Below, one piece after another: positions 48,589-58,243 of a stretch of 64,000 nucleotides of DNA. The stretch is from an uncultured Candidatus Bathyarchaeia archaeon (GTDB lineage: Archaea; Thermoproteota; Bathyarchaeia; RBG-16-48-13; CAYPFQ01), in NCBI GenBank assembly GCA_964473665.1, contig CAYYPV010000015.1:7793-71792 (forward strand). Direction: 5' to 3'. The translations under genes and the position numbers were made by a program. The notes under the pieces are model-generated. The model saw nothing but the letters and a program-made list of their open reading frames with translations, was not told the DNA's origin and made no database searches. Numbering within the stretch: position 1 is the stretch's first letter; each line of letters opens with the position of its first letter.

Positions 48589-51500
48589 TTGCAAATAATA
48601 GCGACAGAAAATTACAAGCAATACTTTATGCAGATGGAAAAACAACTCGAAAAACTCTACGCTGTTGCTAAGCAAGCTAGAATTAAAGGACTTGATCCAA
48701 ACCTTGAACCAGAGCCCCGCATTGCAAAAGACCTCGCAGAACGTGTTGAGGGACTCGTCGGCCCAAAAGGAATAGCAGAAAGGATACAAGAATTAAGTGG
48801 AACAATGTCTCAAGAGATGATGAGCTTCAAAATTGCGCAAGAAACCATGTACGGAAAATTCGGTCACATGGATGAAAATCAAGCAGCGGAGCAAGCAATA
48901 CGAACTTCACTAGCCATTTTAACGGAAGGCATAACCGCAGCACCACTACAGGGGATTTCAAGCGTAAAAATAAAGCAAAATTTCGATCGAACCAAATATT
49001 TGGCCATATACTTTGCTGGACCAATTCGTTCAGCTGGCGGTACAGAACAAGCATTGATTCTAGTTATAAGCGACTTCGTCCGGCGAATATTAGGTCTTGA
49101 TAAATACAAACCAACAGAATATGAGATCAAACGCTTCATCGAAGAGATCAGAATTTACGAAAGGGATGTATCACGCTTTCAGTATCATGAATCTGACGGA
49201 TTCCTCGAAAATGTGTTACATAATTTACCAATCGAAGTGACTGGAGTAGGCACTGACCCTATTGAAGTTGTATCATTCAGAAACCTTCCAAGAATTGAGA
49301 CAAATAATGTTAGAGGAGGGGCCCTTCGGGTTGTTAACGATGGTATCGTAGGCAGATCAAGAAAAGTTATGAAAATAATAGACGAACTTGGAATTGAAGG
49401 ATGGGATTGGTTAAGAATAGCACGTGAATTAAAAGAAGAAGAGGCAGCCGAAGTAGCAGAATTCATGTTTATGGAAGATGTAGTTGCTGGAAGATCAGTT
49501 TTCTCCTTTCCATCAAGAAGCGGTGGCTTCAGGCTTCGTTACGGGCGCTCAAGAAATACTGGCCTAGCAGCTATCGGTGTACATCCTGCCACAATGGCCG
49601 TCCTACAAAATTTCCTCGCAATAGGCACACAATTACGCATTGAAAAACCCGGAAAAGCAGGTGTGGTAACTCCAGTAGATACAATCGAGCCTCCAATCGT
49701 TAGGTTAAAAGACGGCTCAGTTATCAGAATTGAATCAATTGAGGAAGCAGAGAAACTTAGAGACAGCATTGATAAAATTCTCTTTGTCGGCGATTTGTTA
49801 ATAGCGTTTGGGGAGTTTCTCGAAAATAATAAACCCTTAGCACCATCGGGATTTTCAGAAGAATGGTGGATTGAATTTCTAAATACGATCATAGCAAAAA
49901 ACTATGATAACTCTGTTGAGGAAGTAGCCGCTGCAATAGGTATACCATTAGCACGATTACAATCTTTACTAAAAAATTTCCTCACAATAAGACCAACTGC
50001 TGAAGAAGCTGTAACCATGACCCAAAAATTGAAAATTCCATTACATCCGCACTATACTTACTTCTGGCACGCAATATCTCTTGACGACTTCTTAAAACTT
50101 AGGAAAGACTTCCAAGAAGCAGAACAACTAACAGAAAACGGGATGATTACAAAGATCGAATTATCACTAAAACCAGACATTAAAAAAATTCTTGATTCAC
50201 TCTGCATACCTCACATAGTTAAGAATAAAAAAATAATACTGATTGAAGAAGCGCCTGCAGTTGCTTTCAGCCTAGGCTTAGTTAACCCTGAAGAAAAAAT
50301 CAAAACAGCAAAAACAACTTTGGAAGCGATTAAAGAACTAACAGGGTTCACTATTATAGAAAAAGCACCCACATCCATAGGTACAAGAATGGGACGCCCA
50401 GAAAAAGCAAAGCAAAGAGCAATGACACCCCCAGTCCACGTTTTATTTCCAGTAAGTCTCGCTGGCGGTTCACAAAGAAACATTCTTGAAGCTATTAAAA
50501 AAGGCTTCATCGAGGTTGAAATTGCCCGAAGAAGATGTCCAAACTGTAGTGAAGTAACCTACAAAATTAAATGCCCGCTTTGCGGCGCTGATACAAAGCG
50601 TGAACAGATATGCCCCATCTGCAATAGAACTCTAAAGGAAGAAACATGCCCAATATGCAAAGTTCGCACAGTATTCTTTGAAAAAAAAACAATAAACATT
50701 AAGGAATTATTCAATGAAGCTTGCAAAAAACTAAACATAACTCCACCAGAGCTCGTAAAGGGAGTAAAAGGTCTTACAAGCGAAACAAAAATACCTGAAC
50801 AGATTGAAAAAGGGCTTCTTCGAGCAAAAAATAACGTCCAAGTATTCAAAGATGGAACAATTCGATTTGATGCGACAAATGTACCATTAACGCATTTCAA
50901 ACCAACAGAAATAAACATCTCTATAGAAAAACTTCATGAACTAGGTTACGATTGTGATATGTATGGAGATTCGCTACAAACTCCAAATCAAATTTGCGAA
51001 TTAAAAGTTCAAGATATAATTATTCCAGAAAAATCTGCAAAATATCTAATCGATATCTCACACTTCATCGATGAAGCACTACAAAAAATTTACAATCTTC
51101 CTCCATATTATAACGCAACAAGAGAAGAAGATTTGCTTGGACATTTAATTCTAGGTTTAGCACCTCACACCTCAGCAGGAGTTATAGGACGGATCATTGG
51201 TTTCACAAAGGCAAACGCTTGCTACGCCCATCCACTTTGGCATGCAGCAAAAAGAAGAGACTGTGATGGAGATGAAGACGCGATAATTTTAGTTCTAGAT
51301 GCTCTAATCAACTTCTCTAAGGAATACCTGCCATCGCAAATCGGCGGAATGATGGACGCACCTTTAATAATAACGCCGATCATTAACCCATTTGAAGTAG
51401 ACGATGAGGCTCACAATATAGACGCTGCATCTAAATATCCAATAGACTTTTACGAAAAAACTCTGCTTGCAGCGGATCCAAAAATTGCCGCGCAAAATAT

Positions 51501-52020
51501 TGACTCAATAGCTCATAGACTAGGCACTCCCGAACAGTATGAAGGTCTACACTATACACATGCAACTACAGACATTAATGCTGGCAATCTTGAGAGTGTC
51601 TATAAGAAACTAGGCGCGATGACTGAGAAAATGGAAGCACAACTTGAACTTGCAGAAAAAATAAGCGCGGTTGACGTTAAGGAAGTAGCCAAAAGAGTTC
51701 TAACAACGCACTTCATTAGAGACATATCGGGCAATCTCAAAGCATTTGCAGGACAGAAATTCCGGTGCATGAAGTGTAATACAAAATTCAGAAGAATACC
51801 AATGGTAGGCAAATGTCCAAGGTGCGGCGGAAAAATCTCTCTAACGGTTCATAGAGGTGGTATTGAGAAGTACCTAGAAGCAGCCGGCAATCTAGCAAAA
51901 AAATACAAAATTGAGGAATACTACATTGACAGAATTTCATTAATAGGAGACGAAATTGAAATGCTTTTTAAATCATCTATTGAAAAGAAAAAGCAACCAA
52001 GTCTAACTGAGTTTATCTAG
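48589..52020 (+). CDS. DNA polymerase II (PolD) large subunit DP2 (start possibly an internal ATG near 48628)
   Basis: DP2 N-terminal pattern (...AKQARIKGLDPNLEPE...AERVEGLVGP), central catalytic region, C-terminal zinc fingers (CPNC...CPLC...CPIC...CPIC; CMKCN...CPRCG). 1143 aa, no intein. Confidence 0.9.
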   Translation: MQIIATENYKQYFMQMEKQLEKLYAVAKQARIKGLDPNLEPEPRIAKDLAERVEGLVGPKGIAERIQELSGTMSQEMMSFKIAQETMYGKFGHMDENQAAEQAIRTSLAILTEGITAAPLQGISSVKIKQNFDRTKYLAIYFAGPIRSAGGTEQALILVISDFVRRILGLDKYKPTEYEIKRFIEEIRIYERDVSRFQYHESDGFLENVLHNLPIEVTGVGTDPIEVVSFRNLPRIETNNVRGGALRVVNDGIVGRSRKVMKIIDELGIEGWDWLRIARELKEEEAAEVAEFMFMEDVVAGRSVFSFPSRSGGFRLRYGRSRNTGLAAIGVHPATMAVLQNFLAIGTQLRIEKPGKAGVVTPVDTIEPPIVRLKDGSVIRIESIEEAEKLRDSIDKILFVGDLLIAFGEFLENNKPLAPSGFSEEWWIEFLNTIIAKNYDNSVEEVAAAIGIPLARLQSLLKNFLTIRPTAEEAVTMTQKLKIPLHPHYTYFWHAISLDDFLKLRKDFQEAEQLTENGMITKIELSLKPDIKKILDSLCIPHIVKNKKIILIEEAPAVAFSLGLVNPEEKIKTAKTTLEAIKELTGFTIIEKAPTSIGTRMGRPEKAKQRAMTPPVHVLFPVSLAGGSQRNILEAIKKGFIEVEIARRRCPNCSEVTYKIKCPLCGADTKREQICPICNRTLKEETCPICKVRTVFFEKKTINIKELFNEACKKLNITPPELVKGVKGLTSETKIPEQIEKGLLRAKNNVQVFKDGTIRFDATNVPLTHFKPTEINISIEKLHELGYDCDMYGDSLQTPNQICELKVQDIIIPEKSAKYLIDISHFIDEALQKIYNLPPYYNATREEDLLGHLILGLAPHTSAGVIGRIIGFTKANACYAHPLWHAAKRRDCDGDEDAIILVLDALINFSKEYLPSQIGGMMDAPLIITPIINPFEVDDEAHNIDAASKYPIDFYEKTLLAADPKIAAQNIDSIAHRLGTPEQYEGLHYTHATTDINAGNLESVYKKLGAMTEKMEAQLELAEKISAVDVKEVAKRVLTTHFIRDISGNLKAFAGQKFRCMKCNTKFRRIPMVGKCPRCGGKISLTVHRGGIEKYLEAAGNLAKKYKIEEYYIDRISLIGDEIEMLFKSSIEKKKQPSLTEFI

Positions 52021-52059
52021 GTGTCACTCTAATTTTATCGAATGTGAGCGCATACTTCT

Positions 52060-52329
52060 ATGCCTATATTAACTTACTATCCTCAAGCATACCTTTCCAA
52101 AAAACGAAACCTCAAAACTGGTCTACGATCAAGAACTAAAATTCTTCAAACGTTAGAATTAGGAGAAAAAACTGCACGCGAAATATCTGAAACTATGAAA
52201 ACAAGTTATGCTTGTGCATCCCATCACTTGCACCTTTTACGAGCAGAAAACTATGTTATAAGAGTCGGAGAAAAGAAACCATTCAAATGGCGAACAACTG
52301 GGTTAGGTCAACAAAAACTTACTACATGA
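52060..52329 (+). CDS. Small winged-helix transcriptional regulator
   Basis: 89 aa, HTH-like segment TAREISETMKTSYACASHHLHLLRAENYV. Confidence 0.45.
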   Translation: MPILTYYPQAYLSKKRNLKTGLRSRTKILQTLELGEKTAREISETMKTSYACASHHLHLLRAENYVIRVGEKKPFKWRTTGLGQQKLTT

Positions 52330-52601
52330 TACTAACCTAGCCTCTATTTAGGAAATATATTAACTCCCTTTACGTAGATGCCTCCAATTATGCACTATAA
52401 TATTCTTCTAATAACTGCAAGCAAATCATCAAATCCCATATTAAATAGAACCCTTTTTTATATGACCAAGCATCCTCCTTAAGCAAACCTACAAAACATC
52501 AATAAGTTTGTAACTATGGCCAACAGTCTGAACGGTATAAGGCATAAGATTGTACTCATCATAACAGCGCGAAACATAACATTAATGTTTAACTATGAGA
52601 A

Positions 52602-52793
52602 ATGCTTCTTTTCGAGGAATATAATTTGAGTAAAAAAAAGGACGAAGAAGCTCCGATGCCGGCGACAAGCGCTGGTCTATTGCGCTTTTTTGAGGAGGAA
52701 ACTGGAGGAATTAAGCTTCGTCCAGAAATTGTAGTTGTAATGACTATTGCTCTAATCATGATAGTTATATTAGCGCTGCTTAGTGTAATTTGA
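52602..52793 (+). CDS. Sec61beta-type preprotein translocase subunit (alternative start at 52656)
   Basis: MPATSAGLLRFFEEETGGIKLRP plus a C-terminal TM helix. Confidence 0.65.
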   Translation: MLLFEEYNLSKKKDEEAPMPATSAGLLRFFEEETGGIKLRPEIVVVMTIALIMIVILALLSVI

Positions 52794-52861
52794 AAGCTCC
52801 TACTTGAGTTGCATATGGAGGGCCTCCTATAAGCAAAGAATCAAGGGAAACGATTTTTAGT

Positions 52862-53104
52862 TTGCTTGAGCGTTCCGTCGGAAAAAAAGTTTTAGTTATA
52901 CTAGATAGAGATATGGGTTATGAAGGAGAATTAAGCGCAGTTTCACAACATCCTCCTGGAATTTGGCTTAACAACGCTTCCGCAGTAGTTCTACGTGGCA
53001 CTCTTGCAAACCCCATTCCGCAAATAATAGGGAGAGAAAAACGAAGTGAGCTATTTATCCATCTAAACTCAGTTTTACGAGTTGAAGTTATTGCAACTGA
53101 ATGA
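52862..53104 (+). CDS. Small beta-rich protein, possibly an Sm-like fold
   Basis: KKVLVILDRDMGYEGELSAV pattern. Tentative. Confidence 0.35.
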   Translation: MLERSVGKKVLVILDRDMGYEGELSAVSQHPPGIWLNNASAVVLRGTLANPIPQIIGREKRSELFIHLNSVLRVEVIATE

Positions 53105-53167
53105 AGGAGTAATTCTTTATAACCTACTCAACTTCATTAAAGGGCGTTTCAGTAGGCGTATCACACT

Positions 53168-54988
53168 ATGAGCCGTCACGCTTCGCATGGTGAAGATGTC
53201 GTTAGGCACTATGATTCACTCTTCATCTTTCCATCACACACCAGAATAATTGTTTACCTATACACTGCCTGCATTCTGATAGGCATTTTACCATTTATTC
53301 TTACCATCCCCTCATACACAAATGCAATCATAGGTGTGATCTTCGGTCTTACATTAGCTACATGTTCACTTATGGCTGATTTAATCACCTGGACATTTTT
53401 AACAAAAGATGATCCGATACTCAACCTAAGAAGACTATCTGCCCTGTCTCTCCTAGCGTGCTTCTTATGGATAGTAATTATAACAATTGGAAGCATACTA
53501 AGTAGATTTTTTGCGTTGCACTTAATTACCTCATACTCGGCTCTTCTTGGCTTTTCAGCTGTTTTTTCATTACGTTTCTTGGTAATATACGCAGTATCAT
53601 CCTTACAAAAATTTACGAAATTAGTTGCATCAATCTTACAACCATTAATTTGCTTTTCAGCGATCACAATTTTTTGGACTAACTTAATAATGGCTCGGAG
53701 TCTCGCAGTCCTAATAGCTACTAGCACTATCCTGGTAATGGCCGCATTCAGCTTTTCAAAAATAATCGATCGTTTTGGAGAAAGAAATGTGGGCACTGGG
53801 GCAGTTACTCTATTTAGAGCATTTATAGCTGACTGGATATCTGACGTGAATACTCCGCTTGAAAGCTTTCTCGAAAAAAATAGTTCACTTGGAGACATAA
53901 ACGTAACAACACTGGCTTTTAGAAAAGATGAAAAACTTAGAGCAATTATGGTCATTCCCGCTTTTCACCCAGGACCATTCAAAAATGTTGGAAGCAGCGC
54001 CTTACCATTTAGAATTCAAGAGACTCTTGAAAAAGAAAAAAACGCGGTTGTTTGCGTTCCACATGGCACATCCGGGCATGAACTAGACGTAGCCTCACAA
54101 GCTGAGTGTGAAAAAATCATTCAAACTACGCTCAAACTATCTACGTTCACTAATTTTGCCGCGTATGCCACAAAAATGGTACGGGCAGAAGTGAATTCTG
54201 CAAAAGCAACATGTCAAATATTCGGAAACTGCGCTTTATTAACTCTCACTTCTGCGCCAAAGGGTATGGAGGATATACCGCAAGAAACGGGAATTGAGAT
54301 ATCCAATCAAAGTAAAAGAGCAGGACTTGATTCTGCAGCAGTTATAGATGCACATAATAGCTTCAAAGACGACGTCTCATCATTATCAACTGATGATGTT
54401 AGTAATTTACAAAAAGCGGCTGAACAGGCCTTATCACTAGCATTAAAGGAGCCACGCGGAAAATTCAATGTAGGTGTTGCAAAAATTGTTCCAAAAGGTA
54501 TCTCCCTCAGTCAAGGAATGGGGCCGGGTGGAATTGTTGTTTTTGCAGTAAAAACTGGCATTCAAACAAGTGCTTATGCAGTAATTGACGGGAATAACAT
54601 GGTAAGCGGACTTCGCGAGAAAATTCTTGAAGGACTTAAAACAATTGGGATAAATGAGGGTGAAGTTCTAACAACTGATACACATATGGTTAATGGAATA
54701 ATTCTCGGGGGGAAGGGTTATCATCCATTAGGAGAAGCGATTGACCATAGAAAATTGGTAGAGCACGTAACAGAGGTAGCTAATCATGCTCTTTTAGATA
54801 TGAACGAGTCTGAAGCGTCTTGGAATCAAGGACAAGCGCATCAAGTTAAGGTTATAGGTTCGAAGCATCTTGGGAGCATTTCATCGCTTATAAATTCCAC
54901 AATAAAACTAGCAAGGAAAATGGCGCTAGTAATATTCTCTATAGCAATAGTTCTTTCAGTTATAATTAGTATAGTGTTGCTATCGTAG
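53168..54988 (+). CDS. Polytopic membrane protein with a large C-terminal soluble domain, unknown function
   Basis: About 7 N-terminal TM helices, then a roughly 350-aa hydrophilic domain and a C-terminal TM helix. Confidence 0.5.
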   Translation: MSRHASHGEDVVRHYDSLFIFPSHTRIIVYLYTACILIGILPFILTIPSYTNAIIGVIFGLTLATCSLMADLITWTFLTKDDPILNLRRLSALSLLACFLWIVIITIGSILSRFFALHLITSYSALLGFSAVFSLRFLVIYAVSSLQKFTKLVASILQPLICFSAITIFWTNLIMARSLAVLIATSTILVMAAFSFSKIIDRFGERNVGTGAVTLFRAFIADWISDVNTPLESFLEKNSSLGDINVTTLAFRKDEKLRAIMVIPAFHPGPFKNVGSSALPFRIQETLEKEKNAVVCVPHGTSGHELDVASQAECEKIIQTTLKLSTFTNFAAYATKMVRAEVNSAKATCQIFGNCALLTLTSAPKGMEDIPQETGIEISNQSKRAGLDSAAVIDAHNSFKDDVSSLSTDDVSNLQKAAEQALSLALKEPRGKFNVGVAKIVPKGISLSQGMGPGGIVVFAVKTGIQTSAYAVIDGNNMVSGLREKILEGLKTIGINEGEVLTTDTHMVNGIILGGKGYHPLGEAIDHRKLVEHVTEVANHALLDMNESEASWNQGQAHQVKVIGSKHLGSISSLINSTIKLARKMALVIFSIAIVLSVIISIVLLS

Positions 54989-55212
54989 AAATGCTTTTAT
55001 TATAACGCTAAGACCCTAGTTCAACTACTATATCCAATCTTAAGGAAACGCGATTAATAGTTTGGGCTTCGCGATATTGGCGCACCTCTTAACCTTCAAC
55101 CGAAGGCTTCACAGAACCTGAATCTGGAAGAAGACAAAGAAATAGTGGCGTATTAATGAAAAGCCTTTCTAAGATAGTTCAATATGAACCATTTTTGGTG
55201 AGGTAACAATTT

Positions 55213-55695
55213 ATGAAAACAAAAATTGTAAAAATAGCCCCTCCAAAAGAATGCAACATAATTCTGGGTCAATCCCATTTCATAAAAACAGCTGAAGATC
55301 TATACGAAGCTTTAGTGAATAGTGTTCCAAATATAAAGTTCGGATTAGCTTTCTGCGAATCATCAGGTCAATGTCTAATTAGGTATGAAGGAAATGATGC
55401 TAAATTAAAGAATATGGCTGCAACAACTGCACTAAATTTAGCCTCAGGGCACTGCTTCATAATATTCCTTAAAGGAGCTTATCCTATTAATGTTATAAAT
55501 GCAATAAAAAATGTTTCTGAAGTTTGCCAGTTATACTGTGCAACAGCAAATCCTGTTGAAGTAATTTTAGCTGAAACGGAACAGGGTCGCGGGATATTAG
55601 GCGTAATCGATGGGCATAAATCAAAAGGAATAGAAACCGAAAAAGATGCCGCTGAACGCAAGCATCTCCTAAGAAAAATAGGCTATAAACTTTAG
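55213..55695 (+). CDS. Adenosine-specific kinase-like protein (PF04008/DUF355-like)
   Basis: [12 protein letters not shown]...[10 protein letters not shown]...[10 protein letters not shown]...[26 protein letters not shown]. Confidence 0.45.
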   Translation: MKTKIVKIAPPKECNIILGQSHFIKTAEDLYEALVNSVPNIKFGLAFCESSGQCLIRYEGNDAKLKNMAATTALNLASGHCFIIFLKGAYPINVINAIKNVSEVCQLYCATANPVEVILAETEQGRGILGVIDGHKSKGIETEKDAAERKHLLRKIGYKL

Positions 55696-55699
55696 TCTG

Positions 55700-56134
55700 T
55701 CATTTTTTCCCTTCAATAAATGATAAAAGCTCCTCCTCAACCGTCCCGAATTGAAGTGTCTTAACCATGAAACGACCTAACTCGCGCCATTTATCATTAT
55801 ACACAATAATAGTAGGCGCATGGTTGATATTCAATTCCTCAGCTAAATCTCTATGATTATCAAAGTCAATCACTCTGAAGACCAGATTGTTACTGCCTAT
55901 ACTTACTGAAAGCTTGGCTAACGCAGATATTATTTGATGGGAATCAGGAGACCAAGCTGTAGCAAACAAAATGAAATAATACCTCTCAACTATCTGTCCA
56001 AACTTATCTGCGGCATCACTACGTAAAATGTACTCTTGAAATCTACGCTTCATACTTTGTTTTGCATGTTCATTCCTAACTTGGTTTATGTAGTCCATTG
56101 GCTCCAAACCAAACCGTAAAAATGCAGCCATCAT
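55700..56134 (-). CDS. Thioredoxin-fold protein lacking a CxxC motif
   Basis: ...ATAWSPDS...PTIIVYND... thioredoxin-like pattern. 4 nt from the RPA gene on the same strand. Confidence 0.35.
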   Translation of the reverse strand: MMAAFLRFGLEPMDYINQVRNEHAKQSMKRRFQEYILRSDAADKFGQIVERYYFILFATAWSPDSHQIISALAKLSVSIGSNNLVFRVIDFDNHRDLAEELNINHAPTIIVYNDKWRELGRFMVKTLQFGTVEEELLSFIEGKK

Positions 56135-56137
56135 TTC

Positions 56138-57463
56138 CTATTTACCCTCGACAAGTATGCGAAATTCACGGGCCGTCAGCTGAAGCCCACCAGTAAAAGA
56201 ATCATACGTTGCTCTACCAGCAACTATAATCTCTTTACCTAAAATATCTTTACTTGCATTTTTAATTGGAGCTGTATCATCACCTGTCTTGGAAACAAGT
56301 TCCAATGCCTTTTCTGCAGACATACCGAGCATACTTTCAGCTTGTTGGCCGTAAAAAACAGCAACAATATTACCTGAATCATCTTTAAGGGTTGTTTTAA
56401 GGATTATACGGTGTACTGGTGTCTTTACAGATCCACATCGCTCGCAAAATGTGCCTTCAGGCTTTTGTATAATTTTCTTAAAACAAAATGGACAAGCTAA
56501 ATAAATTGAAGCTTTTTCTGCTAGATTTGCAATTTTAGCTTGAACATAAACGACATCGCCATTTTTTAGCTCAGCAATCTTAGCAATCTTCAATCCCACT
56601 TCAGTAACATAGGAAGGTTTTGCAGTAAAAACCGAGACCGCAACATTTCCGTTGATATGAATCTCAACTTCATCGCTCATTCCTTTTTTTGTTCTCGCGC
56701 CCATTATTTGTAAGGTATCGCCCGCCTTTACATCTTTAATCACCTCAACCTTATCGTTCCAAAAAACAGCTGTAACATTTCCAGTATCATCAACTAATCT
56801 CACTCGAGAAACTCGCCCCACATCTTTTTCTCTTTGGAAAATAGAAACTGGAAATGCCTGTGCTACTGAGGCAGTAATATTCACATGCTTCTCATTCACT
56901 TTCAATTCATTAATCTTCTTAAAAAACTCATTAACTTCTGGAAACTCATCTACTTTAAGTCCAGGTGGATTAACAATAACTTCGCCGCGCATACCCAAAT
57001 GAAGCTCAGGTTTACCGTCTAATCCTTCGCGCACATAACCGTGAAGAATTTTAACCACTTGCCCTTGTATTATTTGTTTTTGGCTTACAAGTTCAACTTT
57101 TTCATTCCAAAAAATAACATTCAAAGTCCCTGTTCTATCAGCCACGAGCACCTTAAGCATTTTCCCAACAGTTTTATCAGACTTTAGAAATGTTTGAGAA
57201 GGATAAATACAGATTACCCGACCGGTAATTGACATATCATTAACACCAAGAACTAAATCGCGAACGCTGATTTCGGTCTTAACAACCCCTTTCTCAGTTA
57301 GATTAACACCTAACTCAGAAGCAACAATGTAAGCGGCACCGTCATCGGTAAGTAGCCCACCAACATCTTTCTTTTTCTGTGTAATCATTTTTTTAACGTC
57401 GTCCCGCCTCAAATCTGATCGTTCAGCAAGAATACGTACAACAATTTGATCCAGCGTAAGCAA
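56138..57463 (-). CDS. Replication protein A (multi-OB-fold ssDNA-binding protein with zinc ribbon)
   Basis: Three OB-fold repeats plus CPFCFKK...CERCG zinc finger. 441 aa. Confidence 0.75.
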   Translation of the reverse strand: MLTLDQIVVRILAERSDLRRDDVKKMITQKKKDVGGLLTDDGAAYIVASELGVNLTEKGVVKTEISVRDLVLGVNDMSITGRVICIYPSQTFLKSDKTVGKMLKVLVADRTGTLNVIFWNEKVELVSQKQIIQGQVVKILHGYVREGLDGKPELHLGMRGEVIVNPPGLKVDEFPEVNEFFKKINELKVNEKHVNITASVAQAFPVSIFQREKDVGRVSRVRLVDDTGNVTAVFWNDKVEVIKDVKAGDTLQIMGARTKKGMSDEVEIHINGNVAVSVFTAKPSYVTEVGLKIAKIAELKNGDVVYVQAKIANLAEKASIYLACPFCFKKIIQKPEGTFCERCGSVKTPVHRIILKTTLKDDSGNIVAVFYGQQAESMLGMSAEKALELVSKTGDDTAPIKNASKDILGKEIIVAGRATYDSFTGGLQLTAREFRILVEGK

Positions 57464-57633
57464 AACTAATCCACCATAAAAATTTCGCAGAATAAATTAT
57501 AAGCCCATCATTGCTGAGTCGTATGACGACTCAGTCAAATGCCTTCCGTTCATCAAATCAACGTAACTTTGAGACATCATCGGCGTCAAAAACTCTGAAC
57601 GAGTCACCTATTTTTATACTTTTAGGGTTTAAT

Positions 57634-57864
57634 TTAGGCCTCAACAAGGGTTTCAGTGCTTCTTACGCCATCTATGGAATTAATCCTACCTGAAACCTCT
57701 CTCACGTTCTTGTAATCTAATGCTTCCAAGAAAGCAACTATGTCAAATCTACCGTAAACAAAGTAAGTTTTCTTAACTTCCAGAATTCCACTGACCACCT
57801 TATGAATGGCTTCAGCCTTAACTGGTACTACCTTAATCAAAATACATGCATTTAGCATATTCAA
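57634..57864 (-). CDS. Stand-alone RAM (Lrp/AsnC C-terminal) domain protein
   Basis: 76 aa ...YGRFDIVAFLEA...GVRSTETLV. Confidence 0.65.
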   Translation of the reverse strand: MNMLNACILIKVVPVKAEAIHKVVSGILEVKKTYFVYGRFDIVAFLEALDYKNVREVSGRINSIDGVRSTETLVEA

Positions 57865-58094
57865 CCCTTCTTAACTTCTACAAGAGTCTCTGTAAATACA
57901 ACTCCAGCCATTTTACCCAATCTTAGAACAGTTTCCCCAAGCATCTCAAAACTGGGGGTTTCTAAATCAACTACAATATCAAACCTGCCTAGAACAGTGA
58001 AGACCCGTTTTACTCCATCAAACTGTCGCAATCTTTGGGAAACTTCATCGAACTTTCCTCTCTCAGTACGTATCAATACGCACGCCGAAACCAT
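57861..58094 (-). CDS. Stand-alone RAM (Lrp/AsnC C-terminal) domain protein, tandem paralog
   Basis: 77 aa ...LGRFDIVVDLET...GVVFTETLV. ATGA overlap with the downstream paralog. Confidence 0.65.
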   Translation of the reverse strand: MVSACVLIRTERGKFDEVSQRLRQFDGVKRVFTVLGRFDIVVDLETPSFEMLGETVLRLGKMAGVVFTETLVEVKKG

Positions 58095-58243
58095 AGAGTA
58101 CCCTCCAACAATATTTGGATTAAATATCCTTTTTATTCAAATTAACTCTTTGGGTACTCCATCATGGCTGTAGTAGATAATATTTCAATCCCTTTTTCCT
58201 TGACCCTTATTTGATATGAAAAACATGCAAGCTATGTCTGCCT

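Noticed and set aside
48589-52020. Intein in the PolD large subunit
   Set aside because: At 1143 aa the protein is of normal DP2 length, and no intein block motifs or Cys/Ser-His-Asn junctions are seen.
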